A DNA stretch of 64,000 nucleotides from Octopus sinensis (GCF_006345805.1 NC_042998.1:174344001-174408000); one strand, 5' to 3'; positions 37,802-52,463 are shown, numbered from the stretch's first letter. Numbers and translations: made by a program. Notes: generated by a model not told the origin, from the letters alone.

Positions 37802-40212
37802 GTGAACGTTAACTTAATTATAATCGTCATTCTTGAGTAAAACCATCAGATAATTATTTATGAATACCTTGTAACCAAACTCCTTTTTTTAATTTCGATT
37901 TAGTAGAAAAAAGTTTCCCTCGGTTGTGTTGTATCACATCACATGTTGAAAATAAAGAAACAATTATCGCTCACTATGATTTTTCGTTACTGGAGAATAT
38001 TCTTCTATTTCACTATAAATAAGCCATAATGAGTAGTATAAGGATCCTCGAGTGCACAGATTCTAATTCTTTCAAAGAAAAATTGGAACCGTGATCTATG
38101 GATTTCTGACATATATTTTGTTTATGTTATGAGGTATATATTTAGAAACCTGTGACTATCTAATATGCACTGGCAACCAGATTTCATGAAAGCGATTTTA
38201 ATGGGAATATAAACAAACACACTCAAAATTATTCATGAATGTTATAAATCTCAATAAAGTTTACCTCATCAATTGGATAACATTTATCAATTTATCCTCG
38301 CCATATTTACAATAAATTTTCAGCGTAATATCGCAACGATTTATAACAAATATTAATAAGACATATATTGCTACTAAAGTTTAAAAAAAAAAGACTATGT
38401 ATCACTATACCTATTAAAACGGGAAATATGTTACTACAAAAGAGATATGTATTTTTTCAAGATGAGAATATTTTCCTCTTATTTTAAGGATTTGTGATGA
38501 GCAATAACATTTTATTGATTTACCTCCACTGAAAAATATCAAATTTAACCAAAACTCTGAACCATTTCACCGCATTTCGTCAACATTTGTAAAAATTCCT
38601 GATATTCGATTCGAATTGATTTTTTTTTTTTTTGACATGTTTATGACATCAAAACCTCTGAAATATCATGAAACATCTTTAATTCGCTGTCCAGTGTCTG
38701 GAAACTTGACATTATATTTTCTTTTGAACATATTCCAAAGATCCTGTTTTCAAAGTTGCGTGAGAACACAAAGAATGTTCAACTGTTACAGTTTCTCCCT
38801 TACTCTTACGTTCTATTATATTACATATTTTTGCTTAAGTAACATCTGTGCATTGTGTATTGTGTAGACTTATCTTTCCGCTAGAACTACACAAGTTAAT
38901 TGTATACTACATCAAACAACTTATCTGTATCCAGTCAATTCCGACAATCAATACTGCGTTACAGGTTTACATATATTTTTATTTAATTCCCTTCCTTTGT
39001 GGGACTTGCAACATTTCAGCGAAAATATCGTTTTAATTTTTCCTGATCTTCTGTAAAAGCCGTTGAACCATACACCGAGATCTTCGCCAGCATTAAATGT
39101 AATATAAATACTCTAGTCATCAATATCTTTATGCTTCAAAATGATCTTTTTATGTGCAACCGAACTTTAAAAGAAAAGTAAATTTAAATACCTGAAGGAA
39201 TAACTATGAATATAAGTTTTCTTTTCTGGGTCATATCTTTTAGAATATGGCGTTACTTTTTGATAAACAGAAACATGTAAACTTGGATCAAATTTTAGTT
39301 CTATATTTGTAGTAGAATAAACACAATATTTTATAAGCAGAATATAGGATGGTAATGATTTTAGTCAAAACACACAATCTAAACATTTAAAGTGACTAAG
39401 TGGATGAGATTGGTTTGTTCGTCGCCAGGAATTCAAATCCACCGCAGGATTCTTGTTTTCTTTCTGGGTAGGATTCCTGAGATTACGTTCTTCAATTCAC
39501 CTGGCTCTGGTAAAAAATATTTTGGCTAATCGGCAGAAGAAAAAGGGAACCTATTCCACCATAATTTTCCTCAACAGATCATTTAATAAAGAAAACAATA
39601 ATCATATTCCACTGCAAATGGCTATCTATGTATGGTAATAATATGGCTAGCCATATCATTACCATACATTTCGTAGCTCCATATCACGATAAATGTTCAG
39701 TTCAGGCACAATAAATCACAGAACCAAACTTATAAGTCCACTCAGATTTTTGCCAAAAGTAAACTTATTTCTTTCCAATGCTAGATACAAAATCTATATT
39801 ATTTGTCGAATTTTGTTAAATTTTAATTGACTTCAGTATATGTAGCGTTATGTTCTATGGTTTTCATTAGTCGCTTCAATTATTTTTTATAGTGCGTTTT
39901 GTTTTCCTTTTTTGTATATTTATTATACCATATATTCATATTGTATGTACAATTAATTCACTTATTAAATTGATCAGTTAATATTTACATATTTTTCATG
40001 TATGAATATTATCTAAATTTACAAAACTAAATCTCCTGAGGGTAATACATGTTTCATCAGTGATCAGTGATATTTTCAAATTCAAATTGATCTTTCAGAT
40101 GTAAATAATGAGGCGGAAAAATACAGATGTATGTCTGCAATATGTGTGGGCATGTGTGTTCGCGCGGACGTCAATATGTGTGCATATCGGTGTTTTACAT
40201 GCATCTATAAAT

Positions 40213-40432
40213 ATTCGTTTCAAATTTTGGCACAAGGCCAACAATCTCGGAGGAGGGGGTTTAAGTCGATTATATTGTCCCAGGTGCTTCACTACTTGTA
40301 CCTATTTTAAAGAGCTCGAATGGATGAAAGGCAAAGTCGACCCCAATGACATTTGAACTCAGAACGTCAAGTCGGAAGAATGCCACTAAGCATTTTGTCC
40401 GGTGCAGTAACAATTCTGCCATCTCGCCGCCT
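40213..40432 (-). mobile_element. SINE-like repeat, family B
   Basis: Minus: ggcggcgagatggcagaattgttactgcaccggacaaaatgcttagtggc...gagttcaaatgtc. Confidence 0.85.
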
Positions 40433-40534
40433 TACATGTATGTATAAGTATTATATATGAAATATATATAGTATATATATATATAACATTATTATTATTA
40501 TCATTATTATTATCATTGTTATTATTATTATTAT

Positions 40535-41190
40535 CGCTATTTTCATTAGCACCTTCTTTCAATTCTGTTTTCATTTCTTGCTGAGTGTCTTCCAGACACC
40601 TAGGGCAGAGAAATGTACTGTATACATGGTAGGCCATTAAAACAAGCACACTAGATTGTTCATTTACAGAGTTATGTGATAAAGAAAGGGGGGAACACAG
40701 AGAGAAAGAGGGGAAAATAAAAAATAGAAAAGTTAACAAATAAAATAAAGTGGGGTAGGGAAAGAAAATTTACAGCGATAATACTCTTCTCAATACATGT
40801 GACGTACCAGTTAAAACAATCTTTTGCACTTCCTGCATGGATGGTAAGACAGGGATCATTCTAAAATAATTTTCAGTTCCTTTTTTGATCATTCCAAGTG
40901 CTCCTGCAATCACTGGTATTGCAAACGTCTTGAGATGCCACATCTTTTCGATTCCGATTAGCAGAGCTTTATATTTTTTGAGCTTATCAAATTCTTTTAC
41001 CAAGGTATTATGGTCACAGGGTATGCTCATGTCAATCAATAAACAGACTTTATTGCTTTTGACCTTCACAACAATATCTGGTTTATTTGCCTTGATTGTC
41101 CGATCTGTACACAGGAAGTCCCAAAGAATAGTTACATTTTCTCCCTCAGTTACAGCCTCGGGGTGGTGCTTGTACTATTTGTCACCAGTC
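40535..41190 (-). mobile_element. 5'-truncated R4/Dong-like non-LTR element (RLE domain and 3' UTR) within (TAA)n
   Basis: ENVTILWDF..TDRTIKANKPDIVV...CLLIDMSIPCDHN...KYK...MWHLKT..IPVIAGALG; (ATT)n runs on both sides (about 40486-40534 and 41191-41251). Confidence 0.85.
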
Positions 41191-41254
<64 letters not shown>

Positions 41255-41255
<1 letters not shown>

Positions 41256-41620
41256 AAGGCGGCGAGGTCGACTTTTCATTCTTTATGAGCCGATAAACTA
41301 AGTACCAGTTTTGTACAGGGGTCGATGTAATCGTCTATCCCTCCCCTAAATTTCAGGCCTTGTGCCTATAGTAGAGAAGATTATTATTATCATCATTACT
41401 ATTATTAAGGCAGCAAAGTGGCACAACTGTTTGTACGCTGGGCAAAAAGCTTAACGGCATTTCGCTCGTCTTTACGCTCCGCGCTCAAACTACGCCGAGG
41501 TTGACATTGCCTTTCAGCCTTTTGGGGTCGATAAAATAAGTGCCAGTTGAACACCGGGGTCGATGTAATCGACTAGCACCCTCATCTCAAAATTTCAGAC
41601 CTTGTGCCTATAATAGAAAA
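41255..41620 (+). mobile_element. Two adjacent SINE-like family B copies (one internally deleted)
   Basis: Both carry ggggtcgatgtaatcg and ccttgtgcctata tails; heads aaggcggcgag and aaggcagcaaagtggc. Confidence 0.8.
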
Positions 41621-41976
41621 GAATAATGATTCTTGTACGTTCTGTTACTATCTTCATTTTAACATTTAATGCTAGAGATAACGAAATAATAATGTAATTC
41701 CATACACTAAACTTAAAACTGAAACGGTCTCTGCAACCGTTACTTTTCAAGCTTCCCACAGGGACTTCAAAATTCAATCAACTTCTAAAGTCTGACCTTA
41801 ATGACATCACGCCCACTACCTTCCAGTCTCTTTCCCATCATTCCTTCTCATTCCTTTTCTCTTTTTCTCCATCCTTATCCATGGGTCCTCCTTCTGTCTC
41901 ACTACTTCACCGCTTACTTCCGCCTAAAAACCAGTAACTGACATGAATTCATTTTATTTTACATCCCAACAATACT

Positions 41977-42024
<48 letters not shown>

Positions 42025-42456
42025 CCTCTCTCATTCGTACGTCTACACAAGGTGGCCTCCCTTTTTCCGTTTCACCCTATCATTATATAGTTGATCTGGA
42101 TCTGAGTTGTCCACTGATACCACGTGGTTGATCACTGTTTAAACTATTCTGGCTCCATCATACATTCAGTCTGGTTTTCGAAGAAATTAATTAAAATAAT
42201 TGTACAGTTGCAAGACATCATTTCGTCTGCATCTATAATACATTGAGTACATCCTTGAGTAACGATCTAGTCGATTAATGAACGAGGTGTATAACGCATG
42301 TATGAGTGTGCATACATATATATGTAAGGAATTTTATCGTATAAGTGTAATGCATGAAACAGTACACAATATGATAGAGATAACTAGTCCCTACAAATAT
42401 GTGCGTGTGTACACGTGTGTGTGTGTATGTGTATGTGTGTGTGTACACGTGTGTGC

Positions 42457-42494
<38 letters not shown>

Positions 42495-42732
42495 GTGTGT
42501 GCCTGCTTATGTTAGTGTGTGTGTGTGTGTGGTATGTGTGTCTATCTGTCTGTCCGTGTCTGTGTCTGCGTAAGGCAAATGTAAATGTAAAACGTGTTGT
42601 ATATCTACACATTTCCTGCTTCTTAACTACTTCTTAACTACCTAGAACACTATTCCCATTTGTTTACTAACTCTTCACCTGTTATTTTCTTTGCTACTAG
42701 CGATTTCTCTTTCTCACTCACCTTATGTTCTT

Positions 42733-42770
42733 TTTCTTCTGATGAAGAAAATAACATCCGAAACGCTGAG
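42733..42770 (+). ncRNA. Decayed minimal hammerhead-like motif (canonical CUGAUGA)
   Basis: CTGATGA AGAAAATAACATCC GAAAC GCT GAGAC; downstream gactttctcttcc...gcgttaagctaatac resembles the 19806/45588 family. Confidence 0.35.
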
Positions 42771-43363
42771 ACTTTCTCTTCCCATTAAAGCGTTAAGCTA
42801 ATACTTCATCTGATAAACTTTGTTCCTCCTATGTTGTCCTTTATATAGTTCATTGTATTTACACTATATATTAAATGCTTCAGTAGATTTCCTCTGGGTT
42901 CGTTCTCGATATTCGATTACTGTACCAGATTACTTCGGATGTATTTTTACTGCTTGTTGCACTGCACTTAATCTCTTTCCTCCATTTTTTCTTCTATTCT
43001 CTTTATGTTTAGTTTTTCCTTTTTTCTTCCTTCTATTTCCCTCATTTTTTAATCCCTATTTCTCATGCCTATTTTCTCAACCATTTCTCCTGTTGATAAG
43101 CTACCATACTTGCATCTAAACACCTGCTTTATCTCTCTTCCTAATTTCCCCCAAAAGAATAACATTCTTTTCTGGTTTCTTACCCTTTGCCAGCGTTTTT
43201 CAATTGTTTTTCTTCTCGCTTCCTCTACGCCCTTTTCTTCTCTTCTCATGCAAGACAAACATTAAAACACTTCCTCTATCCTTTAAAAGATAGAGGATAC
43301 CTTATTTAGCAAACTTCGTTCCTCCTGCGTTATTCTGTTTTTCTTTTCCATTGTATTTGTACC

Positions 43364-43428
<65 letters not shown>

Positions 43429-43564
43429 ATATAATATATACTTGTGTCTGCATGTATATATACACACGTATGTCTGTAAGAGAGAGAAAAACACTGAAAA
43501 TCAATTGGTAATTCAAATCACTGTCACATCCATCCATCCATCTATCCATACATACATACATACA

Positions 43565-43597
<33 letters not shown>

Positions 43598-43599
43598 GC

Positions 43600-45260
43600 A
43601 ATCAGTACCTCAGACTCAAAATTTGTGCATCAACGTTTTCCCTGTCTCACCCAAAATATGCTACAAGTACCTTGGTACTAATGAAAATATGTAAGACGGT
43701 ACTGTGAATAAAGACAGAGTGACCCAAGATTATCATGCCAGACTTAGAAATATGGCATGGGAATTCTCGTCTTACAACAAGACAATATTCCACAATGCAT
43801 TTGCAGTACCAGTACTGATCCCAACATTTGAAATATTTGATTAGTCTGTAGAAGAAACCCGCAAGATACTGACATCAACTGGAAACCTCCACAGGAACAG
43901 TGACATCTATAGGCTCTACCTAAGAAGAGATAAATGATGTAGGAACTTGTGATCAATGCAGACAGCCTTCGAATGTCGTATAGTCTCTCTCAGACACCAC
44001 TTGATAAACAACAGCATCAAAAATATTCATTTAGTCCTGAAAAGTGAAGAAACAATTTCTTACGTATCGGCAGCGAGCTCCTAAGGAAGCACTCTCTTTC
44101 TGATGACCTCCCATACAACCCAAAACAGCTGAACTAACATACTCAAAGAAGACCTGGATGTGAAGCGCTCACCATACCCAACCCATCTCCAAAAAAGAAT
44201 ATGTATGTATGTTTCCCGAAGATTTGAAGAAGACAGTAATACTAGTTTCAGATTTTAGCACAAGACCAGCAGATTTGGGGGAGAGGTAAGTCGGTTACAT
44301 CGAACCCAGTGCTCATCTGGTACTTATTTAATCGGCTCTGAAAGGATGAACGGCAAAATTCCTCGGAGGAATTTTTAATCAGAACGTAGAAGACAGTAAT
44401 ATTGACACGAAGCTAAGCCTCTCTTTGACTCGTGACCGCTACGTCCCATCACACTTCAAATGCTATGCATTTGCAATACAAGAACAGGAGATTGCGAGAT
44501 TGCTGCTAAATAGCTAACAAACGAGATAGTTACGCCTTTGAAGTTCTAAGACGCAATCGAAATTGTAGATTATGTCATACTTCTATGGAAAATATCACGC
44601 ATGATTAGCAGCTACTCAAAAATGTCCTCAAGGTATTACCTCCCTATGCGACACGACGTTGTCGCAAAAACAATATACAATGCCATTTGGAGAAAAGATT
44701 GTCTTCGAATAAATATAGAGAATACCCCCGTTACTGAATACGTACCCCACCGTTAGCACAAGAAATATTGGTGGAACATTCCCAAGAAAACATCTGTCAA
44801 GTGCAACCATAACAAACCCGATATTGGTGTTTGGGAGCGACAAGAAAAAGTATTAACCGCTATAGAGATCAGCTGTCTTGTTGATGGGAATATCTCTTTG
44901 AAAATCAAAGAGAAACAACTACGGACAACTACTTCGAAACGTCCAGCTTCTATAACCAGCTTGCATATTTACATTTATACAAATGATAATTAGTGCACTT
45001 GGTTTTCTGAGTAAATGCTTAGCTGAGAATTTGGATAATCTTGGATTTTTGGAAAAAGAAATCAATCAAGTAACTCAAACATTTCAAATTCAATCAGTAA
45101 GTGGAACAGTAAAAATATGCAAGACTTTTCCCAAGTTAAACGTGTGACATCTTGTTTAATTATCTAAATTCTAACGATGGAGCTTTGTATTTTTGTTAGA
45201 AACCATCTCCTTTCTCAGAGTAAGAATTTAAATAATTAAAAGCAAAAGAGAACATACATA
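43600..45260 (+). mobile_element. RLE-type non-LTR retrotransposon fragment (RT thumb, zinc finger, RLE) between CATA/CA microsatellites
   Basis: TRKILTSTGNLHRNSDIYRLYL; RYYLPMRHDVVAKTIYNAI; KYWWNIP...CNHNKPDIGVW...AIEISC; a family B SINE lies at about 44240-44400 on minus. Confidence 0.8.
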
Positions 45261-45330
45261 CACGTATGTATGTGTGTGTATGTGTGTATGTTTAAATGTG
45301 TGGTGTGCGTCTATCAGATGTGATCAGTGC

Positions 45331-45367
<37 letters not shown>

Positions 45368-45418
45368 CATACATATATATATATGTGTGTGTGTGTGTTG
45401 TGTGTGTGTGTGTGTGTG

Positions 45419-45495
<77 letters not shown>

Positions 45496-45587
45496 TAGGG
45501 AGAGTTTACGAAAAAAACAAAAGACAAACACAGGTGGTGTACAAAACAAACAGATGTATTAGTATAACGCTCAGGAATAGAAAAAAG

Positions 45588-45625
45588 TCTTTTACGTTTC
45601 GAGCCTACGCTCTTCTACAGAAAGG
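45588..45625 (-). ncRNA. Minimal type I hammerhead-like motif (CUGUAGA core) in an element of about 45497..45720
   Basis: Minus: CCTTT CTGTAGA A GAGC GTAG GCTC GAAAC GTA AAAGA. Confidence 0.55.
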
Positions 45626-46322
45626 GACACAGAAAAAACAAGGAAAGAAAAAGGGAGAGAAAAAAAAATATATATATAGTATGTATCACTATGATCCATC
45701 ATGCTCTCATGAGAAAATTACCAAACGTTATATCTTTATTGGACAGCAAAACAATTTACAAAGGAAGAACATTGGAAAGGCTTTGAAGTGAATAAATTAA
45801 GAAACATACCCAATCAAAATAAAATACTAGACATAAAGAAAATTCGAAATTCCTGTCATCAGTGCCGAAGTAGTTCTTATAATAAGCAGTCATGTTCATA
45901 TATGTGTTTATAACTTATAACAGTTTGAGACTATTGCAAAATATTGTATATATATACATATATTTGCTTCGTGTAAAATTGCAGTATTTATAAAGTTGAG
46001 TTGAAAAACTTTCTAGTTCAGCAAATTATTGTGAAAATGTAAATTAAAATATTTTTGTGGAAATTGAAAACGTTGTTCTATTGTTGTTATTTATAAAACT
46101 TCTTAAAATTCATAATTACTTAGTATATCCAGGTATGTATCTCTTGTATTTTTCTGTTGTTTATTCATTTATACATTTTTTTCATTCTGAAACAGAGTTC
46201 ATTCATTTATATTCGCTGTAAAATAATACATATCTTAACGACAAATTGATTATTTTCCAAGTAATTACATTACATCTACAATAACCGCGGGTCACCCAGT
46301 GAATTTGAGTGAATTTGGCAAG

Positions 46323-46416
<94 letters not shown>

Positions 46417-46424
46417 ATATCTCC

Positions 46425-46656
46425 AAGCTAACGCGGCAGTCCAGAGAAGTAGGACGAATGCTGCCGTTAATTAGCTCCAAGAGGCCATGGCCTCTAGCTA
46501 GCTATGTGACACACAAATCTGTGTCCATAACACCTTCGAACATGGGAGGTCATCAACTTCCCCTTGCTTGTTCAGCATCCACAGACCGGTTTCGGAGTAT
46601 TTGTCCCTTATCAATGTGGAGTAGCTAAACCTAGCAGGCGTCGCTGCTGACGAAGG

Positions 46657-46702
<46 letters not shown>

Positions 46703-46868
46703 GTGGAACTACCATCATTTCTAAACCTCTCTCTAAAGGAGAGATAAGGCAGTAGTACTGTGTTATGAACGCAGATTTGTGTGTCACATAGCTAGCTAGA
46801 GGCAATGGCTTCTTGGGGCTAGTTAACGCCAGCATTCGTCCTATTTCACTGCACTGCTACGTTAACTT
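46425..46868. repeat. Inverted pair of related element copies around (TA)n (arms about 110 bp)
   Basis: 46425-46533 versus 46759-46868: cctctagctagctatgtgacacacaaatctg and aggacgaatgctg shared in opposite orientation. Confidence 0.85.
46578..46620 (-). ncRNA. Minimal type I hammerhead with a compensatory U3-A8 core
   Basis: Minus: TCCACA TTGATAA GGGACAAATACTCC GAAAC CG GTC TGTGGA; perfect 6-bp stem I, palindromic ACCGGT stem III, GUC site. Confidence 0.7.
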
Positions 46869-46926
46869 CGCGATAAATATTAATACCCTGTACTGCTGCA
46901 GTATCTCTCCTTTACAGAGATTTAGA

Positions 46927-47012
<86 letters not shown>

Positions 47013-47052
47013 TGATGATGATGATGATGATGATAATAATAAAAATAATAAT
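46927..47052. repeat. (AAT)n grading into (GAT)n microsatellite
   Basis: Direct inspection. Confidence 0.95.
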
Positions 47053-47074
47053 ATATAGTGCGTGTGGTGTCTTT

Positions 47075-47260
47075 TGCTTCCCTTGCCATCGCTTGATATC
47101 TGGTGTTGGTTTGTTTATATCACTGTAAACTTGCGGTTTGGCAAAACAAACCGATAGAATAAGTATCAGACTTAAAATATATGTACTGGGGTAGATTTGT
47201 TCGACTACAGTCTTCAACCTAGTGCCCCGGCATGGCCACAGTCCAATGATTAATACTAGT
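47075..47260 (+). mobile_element. SINE family A 3' part
   Basis: ggcaaaacaaaccgatagaataagta...gcatggccacagtccaatgat. Confidence 0.7.
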
Positions 47261-49049
47261 AAGAGATAGATATACAACACAGAATGAATAATATTCATTG
47301 TTAAAGTAGTTGTTTGACACAGCGTTAGCCCTGATTGAACAAATGTATAATCAAAGACCTTCTAACTGTGATTTGTCTTTTATTTCCAGATATAGTGTAT
47401 CTGTAACTCCATTATGCGATCTGTAACTACATTATTGAAGTTGACTTGGTTGATGCTTCTAGCACATTAAACAACCGCATAAATGCTTCCTTTAAGGCTT
47501 CAATGTTACAGACGAAAAATATTGACGGCATAATTCATGCAGTTGCTTATACTTCAATATGCTGACTTCCAGTATTTTCGCTAAATAAATATATCACTAT
47601 GAGCTCTTTTTGCGATATATGATTATCTTTTCAAGCAATGTGGATAGTAACACAAATCAGTTTTAAATGACACTTCCTGAATCGTTGATAAAACAGTAGT
47701 GGTGACTCTGCTGACGCTATTGGTTACGTAGCAACCAGATACTGATTCTCTGCATCTTCGACAATAACTGTAGAATGAAGCATGTCCTTCGCTGTCACCT
47801 TACCTGCTAACAAAGATCAGATTTTCTCCTACTATGCATTGAAATTCAATTTTCAGTAAAATTAATTTTGAATTATCTAGAAATCATGATCTACTTATTT
47901 TATTTTATTTTTTAGAGTTATTTCATAATTACCTTCGGGATTTTGCTTCCTTTCTCGAACTAAATGGAAAATTTCAGTTCATGAAAAAATTTTTCGAACA
48001 TCATTTAGTACATTACCATCAAACTAAACAACTGTAGATATGTGGTTGCTGATAGTATCACCACACATTATGTCTCCCAACCTTGGTCTGTGTACCAAAC
48101 CTATCAAAACATTGAGAGAGTTCATTACATTAAGTTTGACTTGCCTACCTGAATGTTTTACTTGCCTATCTCATTTTCCTTTGCTAATGCTGTGCAAACC
48201 ACCTTTTCCCATTTCTCTGGTATTTGCATTTACCTGAGGTCCACTGTCCCTACCATTCACTTTTACCTGGACAGTAGCGAAAAATACTTTAAGAGACTCT
48301 GGTTCATACTTTTCCACTCTTCTAAGTTTATATTATCGCTGCCGACCCAGATCAATAATTTCTTCGAATATTTCTGATGCTACATTGTGGACATCTATTT
48401 CACCTTATTCCTCTTTGATGTCATCAAACGCAGAGGTTTCAGTGCAAGCAACCCATTTAAGTTCTCACAATTCTCCCACTTGAATACTACGCTTCCATCC
48501 TGAGCTATCACCACTAACTAGTAATCTTACCTATTAGTACTATCGGGTGACAAGTCTACCTCTTTCTCACCTCTAAACTTAGTTATCACAGCTCTTATCC
48601 TCATTGGGATATTTGATCTCTGCCTAATCATGGTAGCACGTATCACATATTTCTACTACATAAACAATCTCTGCCCTTTCTACCATTTATTACTTGAATT
48701 CAGCTAACTGATAGGTTTTTTTTCTTTTCTCTTGGCAATAACTGTGCTTCAGCTCTGACATCTACGCAGAAATTAAGCATGTTATTATTACCCTTATTTT
48801 TGGATATCCATTCATATCATACAAGCAAAGCGCACAACCACAAAACTCTGAAATAATTTACCAGTACTACTTTCAAGACATAGAGAAAAACACACGCTAT
48901 AACTAATTGAAAGACTTCACGTTTTGCAAACACACTCGAATTGCAAATTAACACAAGGCCTCCAGTATTCTTAAAATGAGGGTCTCACATAGCATTTTAG
49001 AATCTGTTTGCACGTATTCATCAAACTTGGAAATGATGTCACAAACATT

Positions 49050-49500
49050 AATTACCTATTTATGAACGATTATATCAGATCGTTATATCATAAATTGGTA
49101 CACTTGTAAAGACTGATGCAATCGTTGCCACAATATTGGAATGGAGTTTAGCAATGCAAAATGCGTTATAGCCGATTTCATAAAATGTAAGAAAGAGGTG
49201 GTTTGCAATGCTATTTAATTACCATTTAATATTGGTAATCCCAAAGGAGCTGGTTATAAATACCGTGGTATACTACTATTAGATAATATTTTAGACAAAA
49301 TGATGAAAACAAATGTAACTGAAACGTATTTAACAAGGCTAAAAAATAGTACGGACTAGCAAGCTACATTTCAGAAGCCTTTGTTGTAAAATGAAGTGCA
49401 AAATCGAGCTCAGCAAAATAAATGCTGTGACGGTATTCAGTCAGACGCTGAGACGATTGTATTGCTCAAGTCCCCAATATTATACTAATGTTATAAATGG
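49050..49500 (+). pseudogene. Old R4-like RT remnant
   Basis: IGMEFSNAKC and YKYRGIL echoes of DIGMxFGxxKC and YKYLG. Confidence 0.35.
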
Positions 49501-49799
49501 TTTGCAACTTATGTAGCGGTAAAAATATTTCCGTGGCCAAAATAACATTATCAAACCATCATTCGGGTCTGGTAGTAAAGGATGTTACAAAGCACCGCAT
49601 TCTGCCAATCTACCACTGTTATCTAAAATAAGGACATTAAGAAAAGGAGACAATAAGTCACGGTTAAAACCTCACAAGAACAATGGCCAAAGAAGTCTGG
49701 AAATAGAAGTCTGGCTTTAGTTAGATTAGATTCAAGGTAAAATACTAAAAAAGATGAAACTGGTGAAATAAGAAATTAAAATCAAGTACAGGCCAAGAC

Positions 49800-52128
49800 T
49801 ACAGTCCAATCAGGGAATTGAGCGCTTAATTTCCAGTTGTCTGATCTATTGAAAGTCAAAAACTATCAACAAACATTTCGACCCCTTACGACCCAAAGAT
49901 CGCCAGAGAGGAGATGGAAAAGTGTCAAACATAGATCATGAAATTTAAGTAAACTGGTTGTACAGTATATAAAAAACAATAACAATAATAATTAGAGTAG
50001 ATAAGCTAAATAAGAACATAAAGAAGAACATAAATACCCTACCAGGGGGCCCAAATCTACGCAGTCTAAAACATATTCCTTCTAGGTACAGTCCACATCA
50101 TACGCAAAGCAGATTTCAATTCAATAATTTTCCTCACAAAGTAACTGTGCAGTTATTATGCAATAAAATAATGCAACCCACAAAACGAAGAAACAGCCAA
50201 ACTAGATAACATGGTACACACAAAACATAGTTAACACGCGATAAAGGAATTTTGTTGTTAAAAAGATGAATGACTTCTTCGGTAGATGCCTCGGCAACTC
50301 CGAAAAAATATCATTATTTCAACAGTACAAATCGACAAAAATAAACAAATTCGAGAACAAAAAATCAGTTATAGCATGGAATCTATGTGTGGTGCTGATT
50401 GATAATTATAATAATAAAATGTTCACAGGCATCATCGCAAGGAAAATATATGCGTTCCTTGCAGAAAACAATCTACTCCCAGTAGAACAAAAGGGATATT
50501 AGAAAGGCTACAAGGACACCAAGGAACGTCATGAAGAACTGCAAACGATAACAAAAAACTTGAATATGACCTAGATAGATGACATGTTGCTGCATTCTGG
50601 AAACACTCTACATTCGTGGAGTAGCTAAGGATGTGCATGCACTAATCAAAAGTAGCATGCCTAGTTGGAAAACAAGTATTTTCTGTAGCAACTTGCACTT
50701 AGCCGAGGTAAAAACAAAAAGAAGTTTCTTCGAGTGAGATTCTTGTTCACCTTTTGATCCCACTTTCTGTAGTTCTATGCAAAGTCAAAGAGCATTACGA
50801 GCTAAAGAAGAATGGACCTTGTCTCCACCACCTTCTCTTCATGAATGATTTAATACTGTTTGCACAACAGAGCTTGGAATGGGGACGCTGGTTAAGACTG
50901 TACAGGCGTGCAGCAAGGATATAGGAAAGTAATTCGTGATCTCAAAGTGTGCGGTATTTAGTTTGAAACGAGACAGAAGAGCAGATTGCAAGGACATAGG
51001 ACTGCGAAACGGAGAGCGAATGGGAAATCCGGATGATAGTGATACAAGTACCTCAACACCCTGGAACTGGATAATATCTTGCACAGAGAAATGAAAGACA
51101 TGGTCCCCACTGCGTATTTGAACCGCTTCAAACTTCTCTTGAAGTAAAATATCAATGCAAGGAACTTTGTGACTGCCATCAAAATGTAGGTTGTCACTGT
51201 AGTCCACTATATTGTACCAATTCTGAAATGGACATGAGCAAAGATTGACCAACTCGATCGCACTACCCAAAACAATGGAGTTGAGAGTTTTAATGGCTTC
51301 TTATCACGAACAGCGAACGAGAAAGAAGAAACTCTACTTTGCACGGAATTACATGATCTATTCCTCCATAAAACTGACAACTTAAAAGACCAGGAAACAA
51401 CATGGCTGTGGCTCAACAAGGGTGACCTTAAAAAGAATACTGAAAGCCTTAATCATTGCTGCCCAGGACCAAGCATTGAATACCAACTCAGTAAAAAGGG
51501 ATATGCATGACACAAGTGCAACGAACCTCTGCAGAATGTGTGCCTGTGAAAGTCTTGTACAGAAAGAGCACAAGCATAGACATTTCAAGGTAGCCCAAAA
51601 TTTTCACTGGCTATTGTGCCGGAAGTATGAATACGGGATAATGGGTGCTTGGCACCAACCTACACTTGAAAAGGTAATGGACTAAAATGGGAAGGCAAAG
51701 ATCCTCTGAGAGTTTGACTTCAAGACAGACTAAATTTTAGAGCACTGAAGGCCAGATATAGTAGCCTTTAGCAGGGACAAGCAAGAGTGCCCAATAATCG
51801 ACGTGGCAGTGCCAGGATATTAATATATTGTCGTGGAAGAAAGAGAAAAGGTCGACAAATATGGATTCCTGAAAATTGAGATCGGTATTTGAGAGAGTCA
51901 AACATAAAGATTGCTCTTGTGGTCATCGAAGCATTAGGTTCAATGCAGTGAAGACTCACCTAGACACTTTAAAAATACCCTACAATCTTGGTCTGTGGCA
52001 AAAATCGGCTTTATTTGGAACTGCACGCATACTTGACTTAATAGACAATAAATCCGCGAAACACACAAGATCTTCAATCGACATCACAATACTGGATACT
52101 GTGCGGCATCTTCAATAAAAATAATAAT
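49800..52128 (+). mobile_element. Decayed R4/Dong-like non-LTR retrotransposon
   Basis: ENNLLPVEQKG (RT); LIIAAQDQALNTNSVK...CRMC (zinc finger); RH.KVAQ..HW.LC; RPDIV; IIDVAVP; ends in aataaaaataataat. Confidence 0.85.
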
Positions 52129-52129
52129 G

Positions 52130-52335
52130 GCATCAAACTTTGGCACAAGGAAAGCAGTTTGGTGGGACAGGCTAAGTTGATTACATCAACCACAATGCTC
52201 AGCTGATACTTATTTCATCGACCCTGAAAGAATGTAAAACAAAGTAGACCTCGGTGGAATTTAAACTCAGAACTTAAAGACAGATGAAATGCCACTAAGA
52301 ATTTTGCCCGGCGTACTAACGATTCTCCTAGCTCG
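52130..52335 (-). mobile_element. SINE-like repeat, family B
   Basis: Minus: gagctaggagaatcgttagtacgccgggcaaaattcttagtggcatttc. Confidence 0.8.
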
Positions 52336-52380
52336 GAGCCTTAATAATCATTATAATAATAATAATTATTATTATTATTA

Positions 52381-52424
<44 letters not shown>

Positions 52425-52425
52425 G

Positions 52426-52463
<38 letters not shown>

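Noticed and set aside
47400-47800. Minus-strand peptide EALKEAFMRLFNVLEA resembling a bacterial serine recombinase (possible horizontal transfer)
   Set aside because: Only a short helix-like match, no catalytic motif and interrupted frames
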